IMG/VR virus record: IMGVR_UViG_3300010373_000001
Span: 32,001-96,000 of that record
Length of the DNA stretch: 64,000 bases
Origin: a virus
Reading direction: 5' to 3' (one strand)
This document shows positions 47,728 to 54,924 of the stretch, piece by piece. Position 1 is the first letter of the stretch. Each line of letters opens with the position of its first letter. The notes under the pieces were generated by a model that had not been told where the DNA came from, did not search any database, and saw only the letters and a program-made list of their open reading frames with translations. The position numbers and the translations under genes are program-made.

Positions 47728-47859
47728 CTAGAAGTTATACCCCAGAAAGATAGAGACGGCCAGCACAGCTAGAACTACTGCGGAAATAATTACAACCGCA
47801 AGAACTCTTCTCTGGTTAGGCTCTGGCTCTTCTGGTGGCAATGGTGATCTGTGTGTCAT
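47728..47859 (-). CDS. Small membrane protein
   Basis: Start at MTHRSP with GGAGG; single TM. Confidence 0.45.
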   Translation of the reverse strand: MTHRSPLPPEEPEPNQRRVLAVVIISAVVLAVLAVSIFLGYNF

Positions 47860-47888
47860 AGTACCCTCCCATATTATAAATCCTGAAG

Positions 47889-47960
47889 TGTCTCCTACAG
47901 GACTCGAACCTATGCGCAACGGGCTTCAACCGTCTGCTCTTCCCACTGAGCTAAAGAGAC
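47889..47960 (-). tRNA. tRNA-Phe(GAA)
   Basis: Loop TTGAAGC. Confidence 0.88.
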
Positions 47961-48050
47961 TTGAGAAATAGAGTGAAGGACCGGCTTTTTAATCATTAAA
48001 GAGGTTGTCGTTTAATGGCGAGTAACCAACTGCCATCCTTTCACTCAGCG

Positions 48051-48124
48051 TAGCTCCCGAGGGATTCGAACCCATCACTGGCATGATCCTAAGTCATGTG
48101 CCTCTACCGTTGGGCTAGAGAGCC
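48051..48124 (-). tRNA. tRNA-Leu(TAG), short variable arm
   Basis: Loop CTTAGGA. Confidence 0.88.
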
Positions 48125-48139
48125 GTATTTTATTTAAAG

Positions 48140-48223
48140 TTGCGGTTACTGGATTCGAACCAGTGAAGTCCGGGGACCACTGTTTTACAGACAGTTCGCT
48201 TTGAGCCGCTTGCATAAACCGCA
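48140..48223 (-). tRNA. tRNA-Tyr(GTA)
   Basis: Loop CTGTAAA, variable arm present. Confidence 0.9.
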
Positions 48224-48480
48224 TTGATGGCAGGTTTAGTCCTGATTATTATCAGGAACCTTTGCTGGGACTGGACTTATCCTAGGTTTGCCAGTTTACC
48301 AGACTAGAGCGGTGACTACACAGCCGACCGTCCTGCCTTGCCCGTCCTTTTAGTTTATCCGGAATATTAAAGAACCTTGATAGTCCGTAGCTATTTATTA
48401 TTGTGCTAAGTCCTGAGTCGTGATTTAATTAGCACAAGCCTCAAGCGTTCGCTATCCGGGGATTCCGTCTTGCTGTGACC

Positions 48481-48509
48481 AGCATACCACAGGGGACCGC
48501 CCCTGTCAA
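48481..48509 (-). promoter_or_regulatory. Sigma70-type promoter
   Basis: TTGACA-N17-TATGCT with upstream AAAAGTTTTT. Confidence 0.75.
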
Positions 48510-48533
48510 TACCTAGCCGTTAAAAACTTTTAA

Positions 48534-48854
48534 TCAGCCGTTGTTAGAGCTAGCAATTAGGAACCAGCCATCCTGGTCAACTCTCACTGTCTGCGGAGAG
48601 TTAAGAGATGTGGTATCCAGTGCTGAAGGATTAATCTTCACCAGCCAGCCGCCAACCTTTGAGCTACCGCCACTGTCTACAATTGTGTCCTGTGCGGTGG
48701 ATACGGTTACCGGAAGAGAGTTAGCAATTCCGTTTAGGGGGGCGCCAGACGAGTTAATAAACAGCTTTGCACGCTGCTCCCCGTCAAGATAACCAGCTAC
48801 GAACTGTCCACCCGAAGATGTCAGTGAGCCTACTGCTACAAGTGATAGAGACAT
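48534..48854 (-). CDS. Hypothetical protein (paralog of 45485-45961)
   Basis: Shared motifs; preceded by TGATATACT. Confidence 0.55.
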   Translation of the reverse strand: MSLSLVAVGSLTSSGGQFVAGYLDGEQRAKLFINSSGAPLNGIANSLPVTVSTAQDTIVDSGGSSKVGGWLVKINPSALDTTSLNSPQTVRVDQDGWFLIASSNNG

Positions 48855-48916
48855 AAGATGTCCAATCTAGGTATGATCATACAATATTACACACCTAGTA
48901 TATCATTTGAGCAGCC

Positions 48917-49030
48917 TTATGGTTTAGGGTGATATCCCTTGCACTTACAGAGTAAACAAGGGATATGGGTATCTTCCTGATCGTGATCGTCCCATGAATG
49001 TCCACACCAGCAAATCTCTACATACGCCAT
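48917..49030 (-). CDS. Cys/His microprotein 1 (37 aa)
   Basis: MAYVEICWCGHSWDDHDQEDTHIPCLLCKCKGYHPKP. Confidence 0.75.
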   Translation of the reverse strand: MAYVEICWCGHSWDDHDQEDTHIPCLLCKCKGYHPKP

Positions 49031-49159
49031 TTACGCCTCCGCAAAATCCTGGCAACCACATGCCCATGCACAAACATCACTCTTGAGAAGTGCATTGTAG
49101 TAATGATCCTCCCGAATATGTCCGCATGTACACATTGTCTTGTCGTAGTCTTTAGCCAT
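49031..49159 (-). CDS. Cys/His microprotein 2 (42 aa)
   Basis: MAKDYDKTMCTCGHIREDHYYNALLKSDVCAWACGCQDFAEA. Confidence 0.75.
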   Translation of the reverse strand: MAKDYDKTMCTCGHIREDHYYNALLKSDVCAWACGCQDFAEA

Positions 49160-49286
49160 TCCCGTACTTGCCTATAAAATTAGTACAACCACAGCAAGTA
49201 CATGGGTACTTCAAAGTTGTGTGGCTATATTCATGATCTTCCCAGTAGTGCCCGCATAGGCACTGTGATCCATCGTGTAGCGGCAT
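49152..49286 (-). CDS. Cys/His microprotein 3 (44 aa)
   Basis: MPLHDGSQCLCGHYWEDHEYSHTTLKYPCTCCGCTNFIGKYGNG. Confidence 0.75.
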   Translation of the reverse strand: MPLHDGSQCLCGHYWEDHEYSHTTLKYPCTCCGCTNFIGKYGNG

Positions 49287-49411
49287 TAGTCAGCCCCCTT
49301 ATAATTATTGCAAGGACAATAGATACATTCCATCTTACCTGATTCGGAATTGTACACATGATCCTCAAAATCATGATCACAGCGGCAAATCAGCGGCGGG
49401 ACTGCGCTCAT
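49286..49411 (-). CDS. Cys/His microprotein 4 (41 aa)
   Basis: MSAVPPLICRCDHDFEDHVYNSESGKMECIYCPCNNYKGAD. Confidence 0.75.
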   Translation of the reverse strand: MSAVPPLICRCDHDFEDHVYNSESGKMECIYCPCNNYKGAD

Positions 49412-49533
49412 CGTGACCTCACAAAATTAGGGCATTCACAACGGCTGCATTCATAAGCCTGGGATGGGTTAAGCTGGTGTTCTCCAAATGTGTGACAGCA
49501 CCTTTGGCACTGTTCACTGATGTCAATAGTCAT
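49408..49533 (-). CDS. Cys/His microprotein 5 (41 aa)
   Basis: MTIDISEQCQRCCHTFGEHQLNPSQAYECSRCECPNFVRSR. Confidence 0.75.
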   Translation of the reverse strand: MTIDISEQCQRCCHTFGEHQLNPSQAYECSRCECPNFVRSR

Positions 49534-49658
49534 CGGTTGTTACTCGGCCTGTAGTTAGGGCAGTTACAGATTTCGCAAGGATATACTCCCGGTGTTTCAG
49601 AGGTAAGATGATCCTCTTCCTCGTGACTGCAAACACATGCTGCAAATAGTTTAGGCAT
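49530..49658 (-). CDS. Cys/His microprotein 6 (42 aa)
   Basis: MPKLFAACVCSHEEEDHLTSETPGVYPCEICNCPNYRPSNNR. Confidence 0.75.
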   Translation of the reverse strand: MPKLFAACVCSHEEEDHLTSETPGVYPCEICNCPNYRPSNNR

Positions 49659-49802
49659 TTAAACCTCCCACGGTGCCGCAAGATCATCAGGAGGAAAGCG
49701 GAAATTAAAGCAGCCGCACTCCTGACACGGGGAACGCCGTGTCCACTTAGAATATTTGTGCTGTTCTTTAGTGTGATTACAAACACACTTTACTTCATCC
49801 AT
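49659..49802 (-). CDS. Cys/His microprotein 7 (47 aa)
   Basis: MDEVKCVCNHTKEQHKYSKWTRRSPCQECGCFNFRFPPDDLAAPWEV. Confidence 0.75.
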   Translation of the reverse strand: MDEVKCVCNHTKEQHKYSKWTRRSPCQECGCFNFRFPPDDLAAPWEV

Positions 49803-50061
49803 TTACCCTCCCGAATACTGTCTGTAAATACACGCGGGACTGCTGTATAGCGAGCCATACGGCGCTTAAAGGTTTCCCACCAATCCATTAGCAGATGATC
49901 AATCCGCCCAGAAAGTAGCCTCCCCCGTATGTTATGTCAGATTTGACACTCTACAGCAGTCCAAAATTAAAGATCACTCGTTATCCCGTTATTGGCATTT
50001 AGGCTTCCCTTTAAATCAGGCTGAGCTACTTGCCGAAGGCGCTCTTACTAGAGTGATCTAG

Positions 50062-50136
50062 TCTGGATAGAGGGATTTGAACCCCCATTGTTCTTGGTCC
50101 CAAACCAAGTGCCATACCAAGTTAGGCGATACCCAG
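50062..50136 (-). tRNA. tRNA-Pro(TGG)
   Basis: Loop TTTGGGA, C1-G72. Confidence 0.9.
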
Positions 50137-50372
50137 GTAATCCCAGTCTCATTAAGGTTCGCTGGGCTGAACCTTTCAGTTCTGTTAACGGAAGCCGCAC
50201 TGAAAAACGCCACATACTTTTATCCGAGGTGATATGCAACCTGTTATAACATGGCGGACGCTTCCCTAAGTAATTACTCAGAGGGAACATCCCAGTTTGC
50301 ATCATTTTGACAGCCTGTCTAGAATACTGTCACGATTTCGCGCCGGTCACTGGCCTAACAGCCTACGTCCAG

Positions 50373-50444
50373 TGGACCTATAGGGATTCGAACCCTAATG
50401 TACTTCGGTGCAAGCGAAGCGCTTCCCAGTCATGCCACAGGCCC
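50373..50444 (-). tRNA. tRNA-Ala(TGC)
   Basis: Loop CTTGCAC, G3:U70. Confidence 0.88.
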
Positions 50445-50456
50445 TTGGATTTTCTA

Positions 50457-51143
50457 TTATAACATATCAATACACTGTCTGCCCAGAAACTCTGTGTAGC
50501 AGGGTGGTACTGATTCTGCCATTTCTTCTCTGGTCATCCATTCAGTGCCCATTATTTCTCGGGCTACTGCTACATAACCAACTCCGTGACGATTGTTACC
50601 GGATTTCTTTGGTGAATGCCCGGCCACTGTCACAGCATACGTTTTATGGTCGTGCGGTGCATCAGATTCTCTTAAATCAAGACTAGATTCGAAGTGACGA
50701 TGCCTTCTCAGCACCACTTTTCCCCAGCCAGGCCACTCCGCATACCTATTAAACTGCGATCCACACAGATTTACCGGGTTTTCAAGCGGTGCTTGGGGCA
50801 CATTCTCGATAATATACGGGATTCCGATGAATTTCAGCCTTGATCTTACTTCTTCGATCAGATCAGGATATTTTTCCTGCAATCCTGGCCTGCAAGCTGC
50901 CATTTTTGAGTATCTTTGGCATGGTGGAGAAGCATGAATAAGGTCAAAAATGATCTTCCAGCCCTTATTTTTGAGCCAAATAAGGTGATCTAGCTCTTTT
51001 ATCGCGTCTTTTTGCACAAAATTGAACGGATAGTTGCGCTGAGGAGCTATGTCTACCCCAACTACATCAAATCCTGCGTCAACATAGCCTTTAGAGGCAC
51101 CACCAGCGCCGCAAAACAGGTCAAGAACTACTTTTTTCTTCAT
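50457..51143 (-). CDS. DNA cytosine-C5 methyltransferase (compact)
   Basis: LDLFCGAGG, SPPCQ, IENV, R.R.F; start at MKKKVV. Confidence 0.85.
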   Translation of the reverse strand: MKKKVVLDLFCGAGGASKGYVDAGFDVVGVDIAPQRNYPFNFVQKDAIKELDHLIWLKNKGWKIIFDLIHASPPCQRYSKMAACRPGLQEKYPDLIEEVRSRLKFIGIPYIIENVPQAPLENPVNLCGSQFNRYAEWPGWGKVVLRRHRHFESSLDLRESDAPHDHKTYAVTVAGHSPKKSGNNRHGVGYVAVAREIMGTEWMTREEMAESVPPCYTEFLGRQCIDML

Positions 51144-51158
51144 GTAGCCAGTATACAG

Positions 51159-51231
51159 TAGGCCACGTAGGACTTGAACCCACAACCAACTGTTAATAAG
51201 ACAGGTGCTCTGACCATTGAGCTAGCGGCCC
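51159..51231 (-). tRNA. tRNA-Ile(TAT)
   Basis: Cloverleaf, loop CTTATTA (U37). Confidence 0.8.
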
Positions 51232-51296
51232 TTGAAAAATGAAAGGTGTTCTGTGAATCTTCCAGTGCAATACTGGACGAATACATACGCACCTAG

Positions 51297-51370
51297 TACC
51301 CCTACTAGGATTTGAACCCAGAACCAATTGATTAAAAGTCAACTGCTCTAAACCGTTGAGCTACAGGGGC
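51297..51370 (-). tRNA. tRNA-Lys(TTT)
   Basis: Loop CTTTTAA. Confidence 0.93.
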
Positions 51371-51371
51371 T

Positions 51372-51797
51372 TATGTAGGCCAATTTCACTCTTTGCGCTA
51401 AGAGCGAGGCTTGGCCAGACCTCCTATGTCTACAGGTATAGCCTTGGGACATAGTTCAAGGCAGTCATTAGATACGGCCAACGACCCAGAACCGGGCACC
51501 TTTTACGATAAGGTTACCAGTAAACGCCCATCTCGTCCTCAGGGTGGAGTCACGTAAACCTTAGTGACAAAGGATCAGACTTAATTAAGGGTGGAAATCT
51601 GACAGAGCACCCCCGCCGTCACGTATCGGTCGGAACGTCCAGCTTTTTATGGAAAAACTTGGAATAAAAACCCTATCTGTCTCGTAGATAGCTACGTCCG
51701 CACCATAACCGGGTTACGAAAATCCGGCATCAACTTTCACAGTGTTGTATGAGACTGTCAGCATTTTTCTGGTTGGGATGCTAATAACCCAGATCTA
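51372..51797 (-). ncRNA. Candidate large (~420 nt) pseudoknotted ncRNA between tRNA-Asp and tRNA-Lys
   Basis: No ORF of 60 aa or more; dense hairpins and loop-loop complementarity. Confidence 0.55.
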
Positions 51798-51802
51798 TTA
51801 CG

Positions 51803-51875
51803 CGGTCCTTAAGGGATTCGAACCCTCGACCCTCCGCTCGACAGGCGGGCGCTCTAACCACTGAGCTAAAAGACC
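51803..51875 (-). tRNA. tRNA-Asp(GTC)
   Basis: Loop CTGTCGA, G73. Confidence 0.92.
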
Positions 51876-51883
51876 TTGTTTAT

Positions 51884-51985
51884 TTACTTGTTAGGATGCG
51901 GACAATCACAACCAGAACAGAGATTACACTGATCCACTTGACACGGGCCGCAAAGCCTCTTGCAAATTTTCCTTAACATATTCAT
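51884..51985 (-). CDS. Metallothionein-like Cys-rich microprotein
   Basis: MNMLRKICKRLCGPCQVDQCNLCSGCDCPHPNK. Confidence 0.55.
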   Translation of the reverse strand: MNMLRKICKRLCGPCQVDQCNLCSGCDCPHPNK

Positions 51986-52086
51986 TTTAGTACTCCATTC
52001 GGATGATCGCAGAGGCAACCCTCTCCGCTGCACAGAATGCAGACACCACTATTACACGCATCACAGTAATCAGAATTTTTCTTCAT
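51982..52086 (-). CDS. Metallothionein-like Cys-rich microprotein
   Basis: MKKNSDYCDACNSGVCILCSGEGCLCDHPNGVLK; ATGA overlap with its paralog. Confidence 0.55.
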   Translation of the reverse strand: MKKNSDYCDACNSGVCILCSGEGCLCDHPNGVLK

Positions 52087-52087
52087 G

Positions 52088-52161
52088 CACCTCTGGAGAG
52101 ATTCGAACTCCCGACCGTCTGCTTAGAAGGCAGTTGCTACTATCCGCTGAGCTACAGAGGC
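52088..52161 (-). tRNA. tRNA-Arg(TCT)
   Basis: Loop CTTCTAA. Confidence 0.9.
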
Positions 52162-52165
52162 TTAA

Positions 52166-52234
52166 AGTGAGCGCATTACCGCAATGCTATTTCCATCTTT
52201 ATGATGGTACGGAGTCGAACCGGCTTCTCTCACT
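52166..52234 (-). ncRNA. Stand-alone circularly permuted tRNA-like element
   Basis: agtgag...T loop TTCGACT...ccatc-ataaa-gatgg...gcat-tgcggta-atgc-g-ctcact. Confidence 0.55.
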
Positions 52235-52375
52235 GTATTGTATTTTTCGCCTGTACCAAAATTGCCTAGGATTTGGGCCTTGGACGCGGCGGGAAGATAT
52301 GGTTCTGCCAGAATCAGCCGCCGAAGATTCAGCCGTCTTTACGTGACAAGAGTGATCAACTCTCTTGTTGAACCG

Positions 52376-52448
52376 CGACCCCACCTGGATTCGAACCAGG
52401 AACCTACAGTTTAGGAAACTGTTATTCTATCCGTTGAACTATAGGGCC
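52376..52448 (-). tRNA. tRNA-Arg(CCT)
   Basis: Loop TTCCTAA. Confidence 0.92.
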
Positions 52449-52643
52449 TTAAACGCCGTATTCACGACGCCACTGTCTGTTTTCACGATATCTCTGGCCG
52501 GATTTCCTGTGCTTGATGTAGTGCTTCCAGAGTCCATCATGACCCTGACAGCAATACCACCACCATCCACCCTGACGATTTCTCCTAGTTGCATTACCAA
52601 GCATAGCTGCCATATCGTCTCCCAGATTTCTTGGGTTCAAACG

Positions 52644-52718
52644 TAGCCATTACAAGATTTGAACTTGTGACCTTTTACTTATCAGGTAACTGCTCTAACC
52701 AGACCGAGCTAAATGGCT
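52644..52718 (-). tRNA. tRNA-Ile(GAT)
   Basis: Loop CTGATAA. Confidence 0.9.
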
Positions 52719-52719
52719 T

Positions 52720-52796
52720 TGGAGCCGGGAGGTGGATTTGATACCACCACTATCTCCTCATTCTATAGAGGAACCTCTATCTTGGGCTACCCCGGC
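52720..52796 (-). tRNA. Atypical tRNA-like RNA (8-nt anticodon and T loops, encoded CCA)
   Basis: gccgggg/tcccggc-T-CCA; tcctc-TATAGAAT-gagga; ggtgg-TATCAAAT-ccacc. Confidence 0.6.
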
Positions 52797-52914
52797 GCGT
52801 TGGGTTGGTGGGAAAGTGGCCTGCACCTAGCTAGGGATTTTGAGTGAACGGTGTGGGCACAGATTAACTGTGCTTAATCCGACTTACCACTCGTACCTGC
52901 ATTTCCCACCACCG

Positions 52915-52987
52915 CACCGAATAAGAGATTCGAACTCCTAACACACGGTTCCGTAGACCGCTGCTCTATCCGTTGAGCTAATCCGGC
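52915..52987 (-). tRNA. tRNA-Arg(ACG)
   Basis: Loop CTACGGA. Confidence 0.92.
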
Positions 52988-53102
52988 ACAAAGTCGCAAG
53001 TTTTTAACCTTATCTTGCTTAAGGTTGCAATGTTTTAACTATATCTTGAATTCCGTTTTATATTTTTGGCGAATCGTTAGGAGCAACATTGCTTGTGCTC
53101 AG

Positions 53103-53178
53103 GGTGAATAGTGGGATTCGAACCCACGGTAACGCGGACCACAACCGCGCGCTTTGACCGGGCTAAGCTATATCCACC
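53103..53178 (-). tRNA. tRNA-His(GTG)
   Basis: Loop TTGTGGT, G-1:C73. Confidence 0.92.
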
Positions 53179-53310
53179 GTGTTAAGAGAATTTCGTGCTT
53201 TCGTTACTGCTGTCCTATAGCTTTGGATTGGCCAGATCCTATGCGTACCAGCGCGAAACTACTAACCTTGATCCCAACACCCGTCAGGTATCTCTCTGTT
53301 GTCACGTTTC

Positions 53311-53402
53311 TACGGGCGACTTTCCATTAGTCGAAGTTATCCAGAAGTTTTTTCAGCATGCATTTTACTTCCGGCACCGGAATCGAACCGGCATCTCCCG
53401 CT
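53311..53402 (-). ncRNA. Second stand-alone permuted tRNA-like element (or tRNA 3'-half remnant)
   Basis: gcggg-agat-gccgg-TTCGATT-ccggt, ccggaagt/acttctgg, gact-aatggaa-agtc-g-cccgt. Confidence 0.45.
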
Positions 53403-53404
53403 AG

Positions 53405-53476
53405 CAGGCAGTGTAGGATTCGAACCCACATCTCGCAGTTTTGGAGGCTGCTATTTTGCCGTTAAACTAACTGCCT
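53405..53476 (-). tRNA. tRNA-Trp(CCA)
   Basis: Loop CTCCAAA. Confidence 0.9.
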
Positions 53477-53655
53477 TAGAATAGATCAGCCTACCTGCCT
53501 TAGAATATACAACCGACCCCTGCTGTGCTCAGAAGAGCTAAAAGGCATCCACCCCTTGCAGCTACTCACCGCCAGTAGCCGCCCGCAGAATCCTCGGCTG
53601 ATCTATGATTATTTTGTTTTCAAGCTTTCGTGTCTCTGTGTCTTGCTATGGCTAT

Positions 53656-53684
53656 AGCTTAGCACGTCCGGGCCTGTCTGTCAA
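53656..53684 (-). promoter_or_regulatory. Sigma70-type promoter
   Basis: TTGACA-N17-TAAGCT. Confidence 0.7.
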
Positions 53685-53796
53685 GCCCTCTGGCCGGGAA
53701 ATTTCCCGGTGTCAGGCCGGTCAGACGTTACCGCAGGTCAGAGAGCCGGACAGGGGCTAAAATCACAGCAATACAGGACAAGATATTGTGTAATTC

Positions 53797-54264
53797 TTAC
53801 TCCCTAACGTGTTTAGAAGAACCTCTTACGCGGAAAAACTCAGTTGGATGCCAGAATTGATTGGGATAATGCCACCAGACAGGCGCTCCGGTGTGTAATG
53901 CACCATAGGTTCTGCCTCTTCCCGCAACTAATTCGACGTGACCGCTACCGTAGAAGGCCAGATCTCCCTTTCTGATGTTATGACGGGAAATTCTCTTCAG
54001 CAGTGGCGAATCTATCATATCAAAAGTGGTTCTGGGAAGGTGAATTCCCTCTTTTAGATATGCTTTGTAAACTAATCCGGAGCAGTCGAAGCCTACTGGC
54101 CCTATTCCGCCCCAGATATAAGGCTTTCCTTTTTGTTTCTCTGCCCAGATGTAGGCTGCATGGTGCTTAGTTATGATCTTAAGCGTACTAGCAGCCGCCA
54201 CCACAGCAGGAGACAGCAGGAAAATTACTAATGCACAAGTTAAAGCTGTCCATAATCGGCGCAT
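53797..54264 (-). CDS. Secreted NlpC/P60 peptidoglycan peptidase
   Basis: Signal peptide from MRRLWT; GKPYIWGG...GFDCSGL...GDL.F...GHV. Confidence 0.88.
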   Translation of the reverse strand: MRRLWTALTCALVIFLLSPAVVAAASTLKIITKHHAAYIWAEKQKGKPYIWGGIGPVGFDCSGLVYKAYLKEGIHLPRTTFDMIDSPLLKRISRHNIRKGDLAFYGSGHVELVAGRGRTYGALHTGAPVWWHYPNQFWHPTEFFRVRGSSKHVRE

Positions 54265-54331
54265 CAATTTCCTTTTTAGATAACGAAAGGCCCCTACAAG
54301 CATAAAAACATGCTTTCAGGGCCTCCTAGCG

Positions 54332-54402
54332 CTGGAGAAGCTGGATTCGAACCAACGTTACAAGGGCCAAAACCTTGTGTCCTGCCGTTAAACGATTCTC
54401 CA
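54332..54402 (-). tRNA. tRNA-Gln(TTG)
   Basis: Loop TTTTGGC, U1-A72. Confidence 0.92.
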
Positions 54403-54568
54403 TAGAGTATTCAGTTATTCTGTGCCTGATCCCTTGCATCTAGGGCACGTTTTCCTCGCATTGTCCGGATCTTTACCATCACCTACACAATACAGGCAAG
54501 CCATTGCAAGTTCATCCGGGAGACACATATCCATATCCGCTGATTTTGCGCCTCTTAGTAATCTCACG

Positions 54569-54639
54569 CTGCTGGACAAGGATTCGAACCTCAATTAACG
54601 GGGCCAGAACCCGTCGTATTGCCGTTATACGATCCAGCA
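54569..54639 (-). tRNA. tRNA-Gln(CTG)
   Basis: Loop TTCTGGC, U1-A72. Confidence 0.92.
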
Positions 54640-54666
54640 TTATCCCCCGTTTCCGGGGGTGTTTAA

Positions 54667-54924
54667 CTATGGTAGCACAGGTTCGCCTAGTTTTTCCAGT
54701 AGTTCTATCTGTGCTTCTTCACTAAGTCTGCGGAATGAAGCCCTGTTCCTTGGATCAGTAAGCTCATTCCTTGCTTCTGCCTCAAAATGCTTCATCTGGC
54801 GAAGTCTCCTGGCAATACCTTTTACATGACCTGATCCTTTGTAACCAGGATAAGAGCAATTAGGAGCCATGCCCTGAATACTGCCGTCAGTCCATCTAGA
54901 TTTATCCGGATTGCCCTCACTCAT
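54667..54924 (-). CDS. Hypothetical protein
   Basis: Coupled ORF; EAEARN motif. Confidence 0.5.
   Translation of the reverse strand: MSEGNPDKSRWTDGSIQGMAPNCSYPGYKGSGHVKGIARRLRQMKHFEAEARNELTDPRNRASFRRLSEEAQIELLEKLGEPVLP

Noticed and set aside
47961-48048. Possible tenth scaffold copy (tgagaaata...gagtaacc...ttcactca)
   Set aside because: UACUUC is imperfect and the segment folds better as a simple gagtgaagga/tcctttcactc stem.
53311-53402. Two-piece tmRNA (TTCTGGATAACTTCGAC resembles a tmRNA 5' segment)
   Set aside because: No GGGG start, G3:U70 pair, CCA or tag reading frame.
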